Origin: Longivirga aurantiaca
Lineage (GTDB): Bacteria; Actinomycetota; Actinomycetes; S36-B12; CAIYMF01
Assembly (NCBI RefSeq): GCF_042660085.1
Contig: NZ_JBHSTI010000008.1
Location: 1,050,001 to 1,082,000, forward strand
Length of the DNA stretch: 32,000 nucleotides
Direction of reading: 5' to 3'
A model generated the notes under the pieces. It saw nothing but the letters and a program-made list of their open reading frames with translations, had not been told where the DNA came from and did no database searches. This document shows, piece by piece, positions 23,849 to 31,909 of this stretch. Made by a program: the position numbers and the translations under genes. Numbering within the stretch: the stretch's first letter is position 1; each line of letters starts with the position of its first letter.

Positions 23849-25011
23849 GGGAGCGCCGTGGCCGTGATGCCGAGGCGTGAAAGCCAGCGGCGGGGATGGA
23901 CGTGCCGATCAGCCCTGCGGCCGTGGACGCAGATCCCGAAGTCGAGGGACGCTTGGTTGAGGGCTGTGGACACGGCTCGGTCGCTGAGTGGGAGCAACTT
24001 GTCCTTGCCCTCGGCCCCCGATCGTCGGCGCAGGTCGGTCTGGGCCTTGGCGGCGCGCGCGGTGTTGTCGAGAAGGGGCACCGTGCGATGGGCGCCCAGC
24101 CGAAGGCCGTCGGGAGCCACATCGTCAAGGGTGAGGGCGAGCATCTGGAGGATCCCTACCTGCTGGGCGGCCAGGGCTACGACGATGGCGCGGTGAGGTT
24201 GCCGGTAGCCGACGAGGTCCTCGTCGATCGTGATCGGGTCGACCAGCTGGCGTTCGCTGCTGCACAGCAGTACCGGCGTGTCGGTCTTCAAGTAGATGTC
24301 GTGGTGCCAGGCGGCAAGCTGGAGCGCGCGGATACCGATCACGAGTGCGTCGTCGTGTGGCGCGGTTCCGGTGACCCATTCGACGAGGTTGGCGAGGACG
24401 TCGATGGTGGCGCCGTCTCGGTCTAGCGTGTCGTCGCAGTGCGCCCAGGTATGGCCGAAGTGCGCTTCGACCGCTCGATAGGTCTCTGAGTCTGTGCTCG
24501 CCTCGAGGGTTGTACGGAATCGGTCGAACGGGATACGCGATGCGTCATCGAGCCCGAAGCCCAGGCGTACGCCCGTGGCAGGTTGGCGCATGCTGGGTTG
24601 CGGGACGTCGGAGTAGCGCATGGGGTGCGCCTTCGCTCGCGCGAGGATCCGCTCGAAGTTGTCCGAACGGGGTGGCCGGTGGAGGAGCCAGAGCGGTAGG
24701 GACGCGGCCTTGGCGAGGGCGACGAGATGCCCGAGGGTGAGCCTGGTGAGGTTCTGTGCATCCAGTGCCACGAGGGCAGAGATGTCGTAGGCGTCGAGCC
24801 AGGCCAGCGCGAGGGCGACGTCCTGGTTCTCGTTGCGGCCCTTCCCCGCGACGTCCCGGCGCTTGCCCAGCGCGGACAGCATGTCGCCAGCGATGACGGC
24901 GGACCGTTTGAGGTTGGGTCGGATGTCGAACCACAACGCTGCCCCCGGGCTGGGGAGCCCGAGGGGCAGCGCGGTGGCGACGCCGGTCACGTCGACATGG
25001 TGGGTAGCCAC
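23845..25011 (-). CDS. Hypothetical transposition-accessory protein (N-terminal degenerate TniB/AAA+-like region)
   Basis: ORF 23845..25011(-), GTG start. It occupies the position taken by TniQ/TnsD in this kind of operon. MLSALGKRRDV...ALALAWLDAYDISALVALDAQNL resembles the TniB-family ILxALG...hhhhD(E)xHNL segment, but I see no P-loop. Confidence 0.7.
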   Translation of the reverse strand: MATHHVDVTGVATALPLGLPSPGAALWFDIRPNLKRSAVIAGDMLSALGKRRDVAGKGRNENQDVALALAWLDAYDISALVALDAQNLTRLTLGHLVALAKAASLPLWLLHRPPRSDNFERILARAKAHPMRYSDVPQPSMRQPATGVRLGFGLDDASRIPFDRFRTTLEASTDSETYRAVEAHFGHTWAHCDDTLDRDGATIDVLANLVEWVTGTAPHDDALVIGIRALQLAAWHHDIYLKTDTPVLLCSSERQLVDPITIDEDLVGYRQPHRAIVVALAAQQVGILQMLALTLDDVAPDGLRLGAHRTVPLLDNTARAAKAQTDLRRRSGAEGKDKLLPLSDRAVSTALNQASLDFGICVHGRRADRHVHPRRWLSRLGITATALP

Positions 25012-25012
25012 G

Positions 25013-25792
25013 TCACTTCTTCGGCTTGGGCCTGGGGTATGGGGGCATCAGCGCGGTGGCGGCCCTGGCCAGCGACAGGTCGATCTCAGGAGGAGTGGCG
25101 TCGGGGTCGAGGGCGTGGGTGAGTTCGAGGGTGTGCTGGAGGAAGATCCCCCAGCGGCGGAGGAGCCCGAAGCAGTAGTCCTGATCGATGAGCTTGAGCA
25201 GCTTCGGATCGCTGATGCCGAAGCTGGCGTGCATTCCACGCAGTGCGCGGATCAGGTCATCACCCTTGAGGGCCTGTACGTCGACGGTGGCGATGATGTC
25301 GCCGCGAAGTCGGGCGCTGGTGGTGCTGGCCCGGTCTAGGTCGTCGGAACCGAGCAGGACCAGGGACCAGTTGGCTCCGGGTCGTGCGTGCAGGTACTGC
25401 AGCTGGCTTGCGGCCTTGGTGGTCAGTTCCTGAGCCTGATCGATGACGAGGATGCTCGACTCGTGCCCGAGGGCGTCCACGAGGTCATCCTGCATGTCGC
25501 GGAGTTCGTACTCGTCGCGGTCCCCGAGAACCGCGTCGATGAGGACGGCCATGAGCTTGTTCTCCGACGGGGCGGGCGGCATCGCGACGAAGCTGTATGG
25601 GTGCTGCTGGTCGCTCAGCGCGGCCGCCAGGGCGATGCGCTTGCCGGCGCCCCGTGGCCCGGCGACGACCATGGTGCCGCCGTGGCGAGCGGTGAACCCG
25701 AGGCGTGCTCGGATCTCGGTTGTGGCCGGATGCGGTACGACCGTCGCCACGCCTCGAAGACCGACGGGGAGGTACCGGTCGAGGGCGTTCAT
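25013..25792 (-). CDS. TniB/TnsC/MuB-like AAA+ transposition ATPase
   Basis: C-terminal 259 codons of ORF 25013..26848(-). The ATG at 25792 overlaps the transposase stop codon (ATGA). Walker A: VAGPRGAGKR. Walker B-like: SSILVIDQAQEL. Confidence 0.8.
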   Translation of the reverse strand: MNALDRYLPVGLRGVATVVPHPATTEIRARLGFTARHGGTMVVAGPRGAGKRIALAAALSDQQHPYSFVAMPPAPSENKLMAVLIDAVLGDRDEYELRDMQDDLVDALGHESSILVIDQAQELTTKAASQLQYLHARPGANWSLVLLGSDDLDRASTTSARLRGDIIATVDVQALKGDDLIRALRGMHASFGISDPKLLKLIDQDYCFGLLRRWGIFLQHTLELTHALDPDATPPEIDLSLARAATALMPPYPRPKPKK

Positions 25793-27312
25793 ACCAGCAA
25801 GCCCTGTCCGTGCTCGTCGAAGCCGTTGTCGTCGCGGCGGGGCCGGTAGCTGTCGAGGGCGTCGCTCTGCCCGGTGCGAAGGTCGTCGTCGGGGACGTCG
25901 ACCTCGTAGGCGAACTTGCCGCCGGGAAGCTTGCGCTTGTGCAGCTTGCTGGTGTCGGGGTCCTGCTTGTGGATGCGCTTGACGGACGAGACGTTCTTCA
26001 GAGCACGTGCCTGGTCGGCGCGGCGCTGCTTGAGGAAGGCCTCCTGGTCCTCGGGCTGGAGGTGGTCTGATGGGTAGGCGGTTCCGACGTGCTTGCCGTC
26101 GTGGAAGACCTCGATGAAGTCGCGCATGTGGGGCAGGTAGCGGACCTCGACCTGCTTGCCGATGAGGCGGTCGAGCTCGCCGTGCAGGGTGACGTAGTCC
26201 AGGCTCTTCCAGCGCACGCCTTGCACGGAGACGGTGGCTTTGGAGTCGGAGAGCAGGAAGTCGCACCAGAGCTGGTCGGCGGGGACGGTGACCAGGTCCC
26301 GGGGGTCGGCCTGCCACGCCTGCAGCGGGGTCATGCCCAGGGTGCGCACGACGTGCTCGGTGTTGTACCAGTCCAGCCAGGCCGTGACTCGCTCGACGAA
26401 CGCGACCTCGGACAGGGCGTACTGGGCGCGGTGCAGGGTGCCGCGGACGTCGGTGCCGGAGTCGATGTAGCCCGGCAGGGAGGCCAGGCAGTTCCCCTTG
26501 AAGGTCCGCCAGAACCGCTCGCACCTGCCTTTGAGGTTGGGGCTGTACGGGGGGAGCGGTGAGGGTGTGGTACCCAGTCGCAGGCAGGACTCGGTGACCA
26601 GGGTGGAGAGGAAGTCCTTGCCCTGGTCCCACACGATCCGGAACGGGAGCCCACCGACGCGGGTGTGGCCGTCGGCTGCGGTGCGCTCCAGGATGGCGGA
26701 GATGAACGCGACGCGGACCTCCTCCGCCGACGGGGTGCCGAAGGTGATCACCAGGCTGAGCACGTAGCGGGTCGCATGATCGACGACCACGGTGATGTAG
26801 GGCCGTGTTGCCCGCTTGTGCCCGGTGGGGATCACGTAGATGGGGCACTCGGTGTGGTCGGTCTCGTAGGTGTGGCCGCGCTCGCCGGGGTCCCGCTTGA
26901 GGTAGACGCGTCGCGAGCGCGCCTTGCCGTCACCGTGCCGGATGACAGTCATGGCGTGCTGGCCCAGCAGCGAGTTCACCTTGCGCTGAAATGTGGCCAG
27001 GCTGGGCAGGTTCTTGGTTGCCTTGAGGTTGCGGTACGCCTTGGCGAGGTTCCCTGAGCACCGGGCGACCTCGTTGACGACCTCACCGTCCAGCAGCCAC
27101 CCGTCCTTGGCTTCGGTCTGCAGTTCGCGGTCGTGGCGGGCCGCCCTGAGGGCCGCGACGAGCCTTCTGAGGTGCCGGACTGAGTAGCCGCTGGCTTCGG
27201 CAGCGACGCTGAACAGGGTGCCGTCCAGGTCGACGCCGGCGGCCTCGAGGGCGAATAGTTCGGCGATGACCCTGTCTCGACCATCTCGGTGCAGGGCGGG
27301 CTTGTTGCTCAT
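25789..27312 (-). CDS. DDE transposase, TniA/TnsB/MuA-like (rve integrase core + Mu-transposase C-terminal domain)
   Basis: ORF 25789..27312(-). The ATG has GAAGGA upstream. N-terminal HTH (GYSVRHLRRLV). DDE triad context: YETDHTECPIYV, IVWDQGKDFLS, YSPNLKGRCERFWRTFK. A beta-barrel-like C-terminal region follows (ATVSVQGVRWKSLDYV). Confidence 0.9.
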   Translation of the reverse strand: MSNKPALHRDGRDRVIAELFALEAAGVDLDGTLFSVAAEASGYSVRHLRRLVAALRAARHDRELQTEAKDGWLLDGEVVNEVARCSGNLAKAYRNLKATKNLPSLATFQRKVNSLLGQHAMTVIRHGDGKARSRRVYLKRDPGERGHTYETDHTECPIYVIPTGHKRATRPYITVVVDHATRYVLSLVITFGTPSAEEVRVAFISAILERTAADGHTRVGGLPFRIVWDQGKDFLSTLVTESCLRLGTTPSPLPPYSPNLKGRCERFWRTFKGNCLASLPGYIDSGTDVRGTLHRAQYALSEVAFVERVTAWLDWYNTEHVVRTLGMTPLQAWQADPRDLVTVPADQLWCDFLLSDSKATVSVQGVRWKSLDYVTLHGELDRLIGKQVEVRYLPHMRDFIEVFHDGKHVGTAYPSDHLQPEDQEAFLKQRRADQARALKNVSSVKRIHKQDPDTSKLHKRKLPGGKFAYEVDVPDDDLRTGQSDALDSYRPRRDDNGFDEHGQGLLV

Positions 27313-27466
27313 GGGTCTGGTCCTTCGCTATGCGGGTTGCGGCGGGCAGCGTGGGGGAGCGACTGCTCGCAGCTGACGTGACTGATCGTCGGCGGATCGC
27401 GGCCGGTGGCTTCAGCCCGTCGCCGAGCGGTGTGCGGGCGTTGATGTTCCGTTGGGGCCGGCTGCG

Positions 27467-27940
27467 TCAGGCGGACTTGCTGTGTGCGATGACGCAGGAC
27501 AGCTCAGGTGCGCGGGGGACCAGAACTCGCATCCGAACCACGTCCGGTCCGTGGACGGCTACGGCGCGCGCCCGGAGATTCGCCGCGGCTGCGGCCACCT
27601 GCGCATCGGTGGGCCGGGTGTCGGCCAGCACCGTGTCGGCGATGACCGCTCCGGTGCCGTCGGCCCAGATCAGGTCGGTGGCCTCGGGGTTCAGGCACAG
27701 GTCACGGCCGACGAAGCGCCAGGGCGCGGCTGGTGCGTACAGCCGGAAGTAGCCAGCGACTGCTCCGGCCACGGCCTGCGTGGCCACCTGGGCCGGGATG
27801 CTCTGGCGGGATCCGATGCGCCGCCGGGTCGCCGCCATGACGACGGTGACGTCGGGCGTACTGGTGTGGCTAGCGAGATCGGCGATCACCTCGCGGCAGA
27901 CCTCGGACCTCGTTCGGTGGGGTGCGGGTGCTCTGCTCAC
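27467..27940 (-). CDS. Hypothetical protein, degenerate paralogue of the 28001..28573 PD-(D/E)xK-like protein
   Basis: ORF 27467..27940(-), GTG start, good GC3. It aligns with the neighbouring gene: APAAPWRFVGRDLCLNPEATDLIWADGTGAVIADTV versus APAPPWTFVGAEVTRPGVRFDVLWVHAGTGELMVDEIKTG. The E-x-K is replaced by D-T-V. Confidence 0.7.
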   Translation of the reverse strand: MSRAPAPHRTRSEVCREVIADLASHTSTPDVTVVMAATRRRIGSRQSIPAQVATQAVAGAVAGYFRLYAPAAPWRFVGRDLCLNPEATDLIWADGTGAVIADTVLADTRPTDAQVAAAAANLRARAVAVHGPDVVRMRVLVPRAPELSCVIAHSKSA

Positions 27941-28000
27941 GCACCCCGACAGTCAGCCCCTGCACCCGGGCTGCAGCCGGCTCCGCCCGCTGCGAGGGTG

Positions 28001-28573
28001 TCAGCTCGGGGGAGGAGCTCTCTCGGGCTCCGCCGGCAGCTGCCCGATGCTCCGGTTGCTCGTGAGCGTCCAGGACGTGCTCGGCGCGCGGGTCGAGAGC
28101 GCGCGGACCCGTGCCGAGGCATGCCCGTCCTCGCGCAGCGCACGCAGATACCGCTCAGCCTGAGCGCGTGTGGAGGGCAGAACCACACCGGACTGCCCGG
28201 TCTTGATCTCGTCGACCATCAGCTCCCCAGTGCCCGCATGCACCCAGAGCACGTCGAAGCGCACTCCCGGTCGGGTCACCTCAGCGCCCACAAACGTCCA
28301 GGGAGGCGCCGGCGCCTGCTCGAGGTAGATCAATGCGGCGGCGGTGATGGTCTGGCGGGCCGCACGATCCCGGTACCCGTCGAGCTTCATTCGGTGATCG
28401 ACTGCCGCGATCACTCGGCGCCAGGTCCCTGTGGGGTCGATGCAAGGGTCGTCGGTGGTGCTGAGCAGGTCGGCGATGACTCGATGGGCCAGCTGGCCGA
28501 CCTGGGCGGGTTGTGGCGTCTTCCACTTCCGGGCCATCACCGGGAGCCACCAGATCCGACTGGCACGCGACAA
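28001..28573 (-). CDS. Hypothetical PD-(D/E)xK nuclease-like protein
   Basis: ORF 28001..28573(-). TTG start 6 nt after the upstream stop codon; an alternative ATG lies 12 codons in. Motif chain: E (GAEV) ... D (FDVLWV) ... DEIK (MVDEIKTG). Confidence 0.7.
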   Translation of the reverse strand: MSRASRIWWLPVMARKWKTPQPAQVGQLAHRVIADLLSTTDDPCIDPTGTWRRVIAAVDHRMKLDGYRDRAARQTITAAALIYLEQAPAPPWTFVGAEVTRPGVRFDVLWVHAGTGELMVDEIKTGQSGVVLPSTRAQAERYLRALREDGHASARVRALSTRAPSTSWTLTSNRSIGQLPAEPERAPPPS

Positions 28574-28579
28574 CTGCGG

Positions 28580-28912
28580 TCAGGGCTCGAGCTCGTCCAC
28601 GAGGCCGAGCATGAGGGCGTGGGCGGCCAGCAGCGTGTTCTCCCGCATCCACGAACGGCCTGACAGGCAGTCGCTCCAGTGCTGCCGCGAGAAACCGAAC
28701 GTCCGGCCCAGTGCAGCACCTGGTCCTGCACCGGGCGTGGCGCGAACGAGCAGCAGCAGGGCGATCCGGTGCTGGACGACGGCGGCTCGCTGGGACGCCA
28801 GGTCCCCCAGCGCGGGGAGGTGCACGACTGCCGAGTCCAGGACCCCGAACTCGTGAGGGTCTCGAAAGTAGTCGCGCGGTCGAAGCGTGCGGTGGTGAGT
28901 CTTCTTGGGCAT
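28580..28912 (-). CDS. Small putative HTH protein (110 aa)
   Basis: C-terminal part of ORF 28580..29167(-), from the ATG at 28912 (MPKKTHHRTLRPRDYF...). GRTFGFSRQHWSDCLSGRSWMRENTLLAAHALMLG resembles an XRE-like HTH. The upstream part of the ORF looks non-coding (Ala/Thr/Pro/Gly run). Confidence 0.55.
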   Translation of the reverse strand: MPKKTHHRTLRPRDYFRDPHEFGVLDSAVVHLPALGDLASQRAAVVQHRIALLLLVRATPGAGPGAALGRTFGFSRQHWSDCLSGRSWMRENTLLAAHALMLGLVDELEP

Positions 28913-29310
28913 GCCCACCGTCGTGCTGCGGCCACCCGCTGGGGCAGCCGGCACCGGTCGTGGTGTGCATCCGTCACTGCTGAATGGCAGCACGGCACCG
29001 GCGATTTCGTGGAGTCGGCGAGGAGTCGTCCAGGTGGCTCGCACAGTGGCGGACAACGGCCCCTCCTTCCCGAGTCGGATACCTCCGGGCATCGCCGAAG
29101 CGGTCGCCTCGGCCGCCCCTGTGACCGCTGTCGGCGTGGCGGTCCCCGCGCCCCGGACGCAGGGCACCTAGGCTGGATAGGCACCGCTGTTCGACCGCGG
29201 TGAAGAGTCTCGGGTGGGGCTGTCGTGGGGAAGCGATAGCCCCACCCGACCTCTGTCTAACCCCGTCGAGACCGGGTCACGGAGCGGGCTGCATTGGCCG
29301 CCGCCACTCG

Positions 29311-29619
29311 TCACTGTCCCGGGCCGGTCATGATCAAGGGCGTCAGAGCCGTCAGCTCAACGCGGTCCAGCGCGGCCGAGAGCAACGTCGACCTGAATGT
29401 CGTGTCCTCGAGTCCCCAGATGACCTGCACCCGCACCCCGTCGGCGCTGCGGTGCAGCACGACCCCCTCCAGCGGCCGCCAGGTGCCGTCCATGCCGACG
29501 TTCTTCGTCGGGAGCCGACCGGCGTGGCTCCCTAGGCGTCGCGCTCGTCGACGGCCGACGTCGAACTCGTACACGCTTCCGCTGAGCGTGTGCAGCAAGG
29601 TGGTGTCCACGTTCGCCAT
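29311..29619 (-). CDS. Small hypothetical protein (102 aa)
   Basis: C-terminal part of ORF 29311..29871(-), from the ATG at 29619 (MANVDTTLLHTLSGSVYEFDV...). GC3 is high from this ATG onwards, and GGGGCGAGG lies upstream. No family recognised. Confidence 0.5.
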   Translation of the reverse strand: MANVDTTLLHTLSGSVYEFDVGRRRARRLGSHAGRLPTKNVGMDGTWRPLEGVVLHRSADGVRVQVIWGLEDTTFRSTLLSAALDRVELTALTPLIMTGPGQ

Positions 29620-29779
29620 GCTGCCTCGCCCCGCTGACACCACACCCGTCCACAAGGTCGGCGTGAGCCACGAACGGGTCCTTGGACAACGTGATTCGGG
29701 CTGGAACCTGGTGCCGGTTGCCGCGTCCGTCACGCCGGTCACCGTGCTCGGGACATATCCCCCGAGACTAGGAGCCGCC

Positions 29780-30280
29780 GTGAACATCCACGATGTCGAG
29801 CAGGAGCTCGACCTGATCCGCCGCATCGACCCTGAGGTGAACCTGAGCGCGATCGCTTGCCAGCTGCTCACCGAGCTGGCTCCGATCCTGAGCCCGGTGC
29901 TGGACGCCGCGGCCGCGGTGCCGGTCGGGGGTGACCTCCCGGTCTGCGACCTCGACTACTTGGAGGCGCTCGTCGTCTCCTCCGGATTGGTCGACGAGCA
30001 GATCTGGTGCTACCTCGAGAGCCGCGGAGCTGTGACCCTGACCGACCGCCGTCTTGCGTGTGACCTGTGCGGAGAGCCGGCCGCCTACGACGCCCCCGTT
30101 CCGGCGCACGGCGGCCGCTGGGCCAACCTGTGCGGGACCTGCTGGTCCGATCACACCGACAACATCCTGGGCTACGGCCGGGGCCAGGTCGTCGCGACGC
30201 GGGATGCCATGCCGATCGCCGTCGCCGAACGCTGGGCGGCGCTCGCTCGGTCACCGGGCCGACCGGGTGACGGAAGCTGA
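29780..30280 (+). CDS. Hypothetical protein with C-terminal zinc-ribbon-like Cys cluster (166 aa)
   Basis: In-frame part of ORF 29294..30280. The GTG at 29780 has AGGAG 6 nt upstream. Cys cluster: CDLCGEPAAYDAPVPAHGGRWANLCGTCW. The upstream part of the ORF is the antisense shadow of the 29311..29619 gene. Confidence 0.6.
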   Translation: MNIHDVEQELDLIRRIDPEVNLSAIACQLLTELAPILSPVLDAAAAVPVGGDLPVCDLDYLEALVVSSGLVDEQIWCYLESRGAVTLTDRRLACDLCGEPAAYDAPVPAHGGRWANLCGTCWSDHTDNILGYGRGQVVATRDAMPIAVAERWAALARSPGRPGDGS

Positions 30281-30688
30281 GGTTCGACGCGCATCAGGCT
30301 CGGGGCCGTCTCTATCCTCGTAGCGCACGCGGCCCGAGGTGCACGCACGACATCGCTGACTGGGAGGCCGCCCCACCAGCCGTCCGGCCAGACGACGCCC
30401 CGGTACCGGGCTACCCGCGTCTGCGACCCATGGCCTGCGTCCTCTGCCGCGGTGGGGGACGTGGCCACGGGCGGCTCGCCACGTGGCACTAACCTGGGCC
30501 ATCTGCGCACGCCTAGAGGTTCTGGATCCCGGGACGCCGAGCTCTCGGCACAGGTCCCTGATGTCACCAAGGCGGGCCCGCTCGGCTTGCCACAGGCCCG
30601 GCGGCGCTACTTTCCGCGGACTAAGGAACCAGGCCTTCATCCGCCATGTCCGGGTGAGTCCAGGGCGCTCCGCCCACCTTTGGGAGAC

Positions 30689-31909
30689 TCAGGCGCTCAG
30701 CGTGCTGGCGCCGTCCGTGGGCAGGAGCTCTGCCGCCAGCAGCGACATCGACGTGAGTATGTCGTTGGGTGAGGCGGCGAGATCGATGTGCCGTACGTGC
30801 AGTCGAGGTCCCTCATCGATGACCTGGTGGGTCCGAGCCTCGGGCGGCCCGAACGCATAGATGAGCCAGGCATCGTCCAGGCCGGTAGCGGTGGCGTAGG
30901 CGTGCAGCTGATAGAGGTCCGGGTTGGCGCCCGGGCCAGTGTCACGCTTGTACTTGACGTCGCCGACGAACCGCCACGTGCCGTGGTGGTGCCATGACAG
31001 GTCCGGCTTGAGACGCACCCGTCCCTTCACATCCAAACGGAGTGGCGCACAGTGGTCGCCGTCGGGGAACTCCTCCGGGCTCAGGTGGGCCGCTTCGCGC
31101 AACGCCGCGCGAATGAAGTCTTCGAAGACAACGGTGAGATCGATGCGCAGCAAGTCCGTTGATGCGTTTCCGGCACCCAGCTCCGGGCTGGCTCCGCTGA
31201 GCAGGAGCCTGGCGAGCTCGACCGCCGGCCGGTAGTAGCCGTTGAGACGGGTCCAGGTGATGCTCGGGATCCGACTGCGGTGCGGCTGGAGCGGTGTGAC
31301 GTCAGGGAAGGAATCCGTGAGGCGACGCAACTCGCGGCGAGTGGCGGTGTCGCGCAGAGGGAGTCGCGCGAGCAGGAGCGCGGCGGAGAGCAGCAGCTGG
31401 TTCTCGGGAATGTCGTGGTCATGCTGGCAGTACTCGAGGGCAAGAGGTGCGCTTAGGCCAGGTCGGCGTTTGAGCTGCTCGGCGAGGTCGATGCGACCAC
31501 GGACGGTCGGCTGGGTATCGCGTACCTCGTGGTAGCCGGCCAGCAGACCGCGGCCAATGGTGCGGCGGATCGTGCGCAGATAGAGGGTGGCGACCGCGTC
31601 GACGACGTCGACGACGTCGACATGGTCGTCGATCGCCGCCTCGCCGTCCCGCCAGTGGTCAGGATCGGTGGCGTAGCCGAGCAGGAACAGGACGCGACTG
31701 ATCGGGATCTTCGGACGGATCACGATCGCAAGCCCATCGACGGTTCCGGCACCGATGATGTTGCCGGGGGTGACGTCGAACAGGTCGTTAGTCCCGGGGC
31801 TCGGCTGGACGGTGGCGGTGAACACGGTCCGCAGCAGGTCGCGCTGCGGGGGTGTGAGCCGCACGCCGGGGGTGGTGGACCACTCAGTCAGCTGGAGTCG
31901 GGTCGTCAT
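30689..31909 (-). CDS. mcrC: McrC-like nuclease subunit of a McrBC-type modification-dependent restriction system
   Basis: ORF 30689..31909(-). McrC-like overall layout, with a C-terminal PD-(D/E)xK motif: RLKPDLSW...WRFVGDVKYK. It is preceded by an overlapping upstream gene on the same strand. Confidence 0.75.
   Translation of the reverse strand: MTTRLQLTEWSTTPGVRLTPPQRDLLRTVFTATVQPSPGTNDLFDVTPGNIIGAGTVDGLAIVIRPKIPISRVLFLLGYATDPDHWRDGEAAIDDHVDVVDVVDAVATLYLRTIRRTIGRGLLAGYHEVRDTQPTVRGRIDLAEQLKRRPGLSAPLALEYCQHDHDIPENQLLLSAALLLARLPLRDTATRRELRRLTDSFPDVTPLQPHRSRIPSITWTRLNGYYRPAVELARLLLSGASPELGAGNASTDLLRIDLTVVFEDFIRAALREAAHLSPEEFPDGDHCAPLRLDVKGRVRLKPDLSWHHHGTWRFVGDVKYKRDTGPGANPDLYQLHAYATATGLDDAWLIYAFGPPEARTHQVIDEGPRLHVRHIDLAASPNDILTSMSLLAAELLPTDGASTLSA

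Larger units (their letters stand above)
23426..27312 (-). mobile_element. Tn7/Tn5053-like transposition gene module (ends not identified)
   Basis: Four minus-strand genes. Three junctions are overlapping or adjacent: ATGA overlaps at 25789-25792 and 23845-23848, and a 1-nt gap at 25011/25013. Content: DDE transposase with a Mu-type C-terminus, a TniB-like AAA+ protein, an accessory protein, and an HTH protein. I found no terminal inverted repeats. Confidence 0.6.

Noticed and set aside
27313-27466. Transposon right end expected immediately upstream of the transposase gene.
   Set aside because: The 154-nt spacer contains no ACA/TGT terminus at all on the relevant strand and no repeated 18-25-bp candidate binding sites that I could see. 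It has no inverted match to the 11.26-11.49 kb region.
11280-29755. TGTCCCG(C/G) motifs considered as possible transposon ends or att repeats. Sites: 11280 and 11325 (plus strand), 29315 (plus strand, followed by CGGTCA as at 11336), and an inverted copy at 29749-29755.
   Set aside because: The 7-mer also occurs at about 2076 and 17881. For this base composition roughly 7 copies are expected by chance in 32 kb on both strands. There are no matching flanking duplications (TTCGA versus TATCC), and the 29315 copy lies inside a coding 3' end. This is not enough to call ends.
30281-30688. tRNA gene or tRNA-derived att site as the island integration target (for example GGTTCGACGCG at 30283).
   Set aside because: No cloverleaf can be drawn: there is no acceptor-stem complement or anticodon arm. 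No integrase gene is present in the window.
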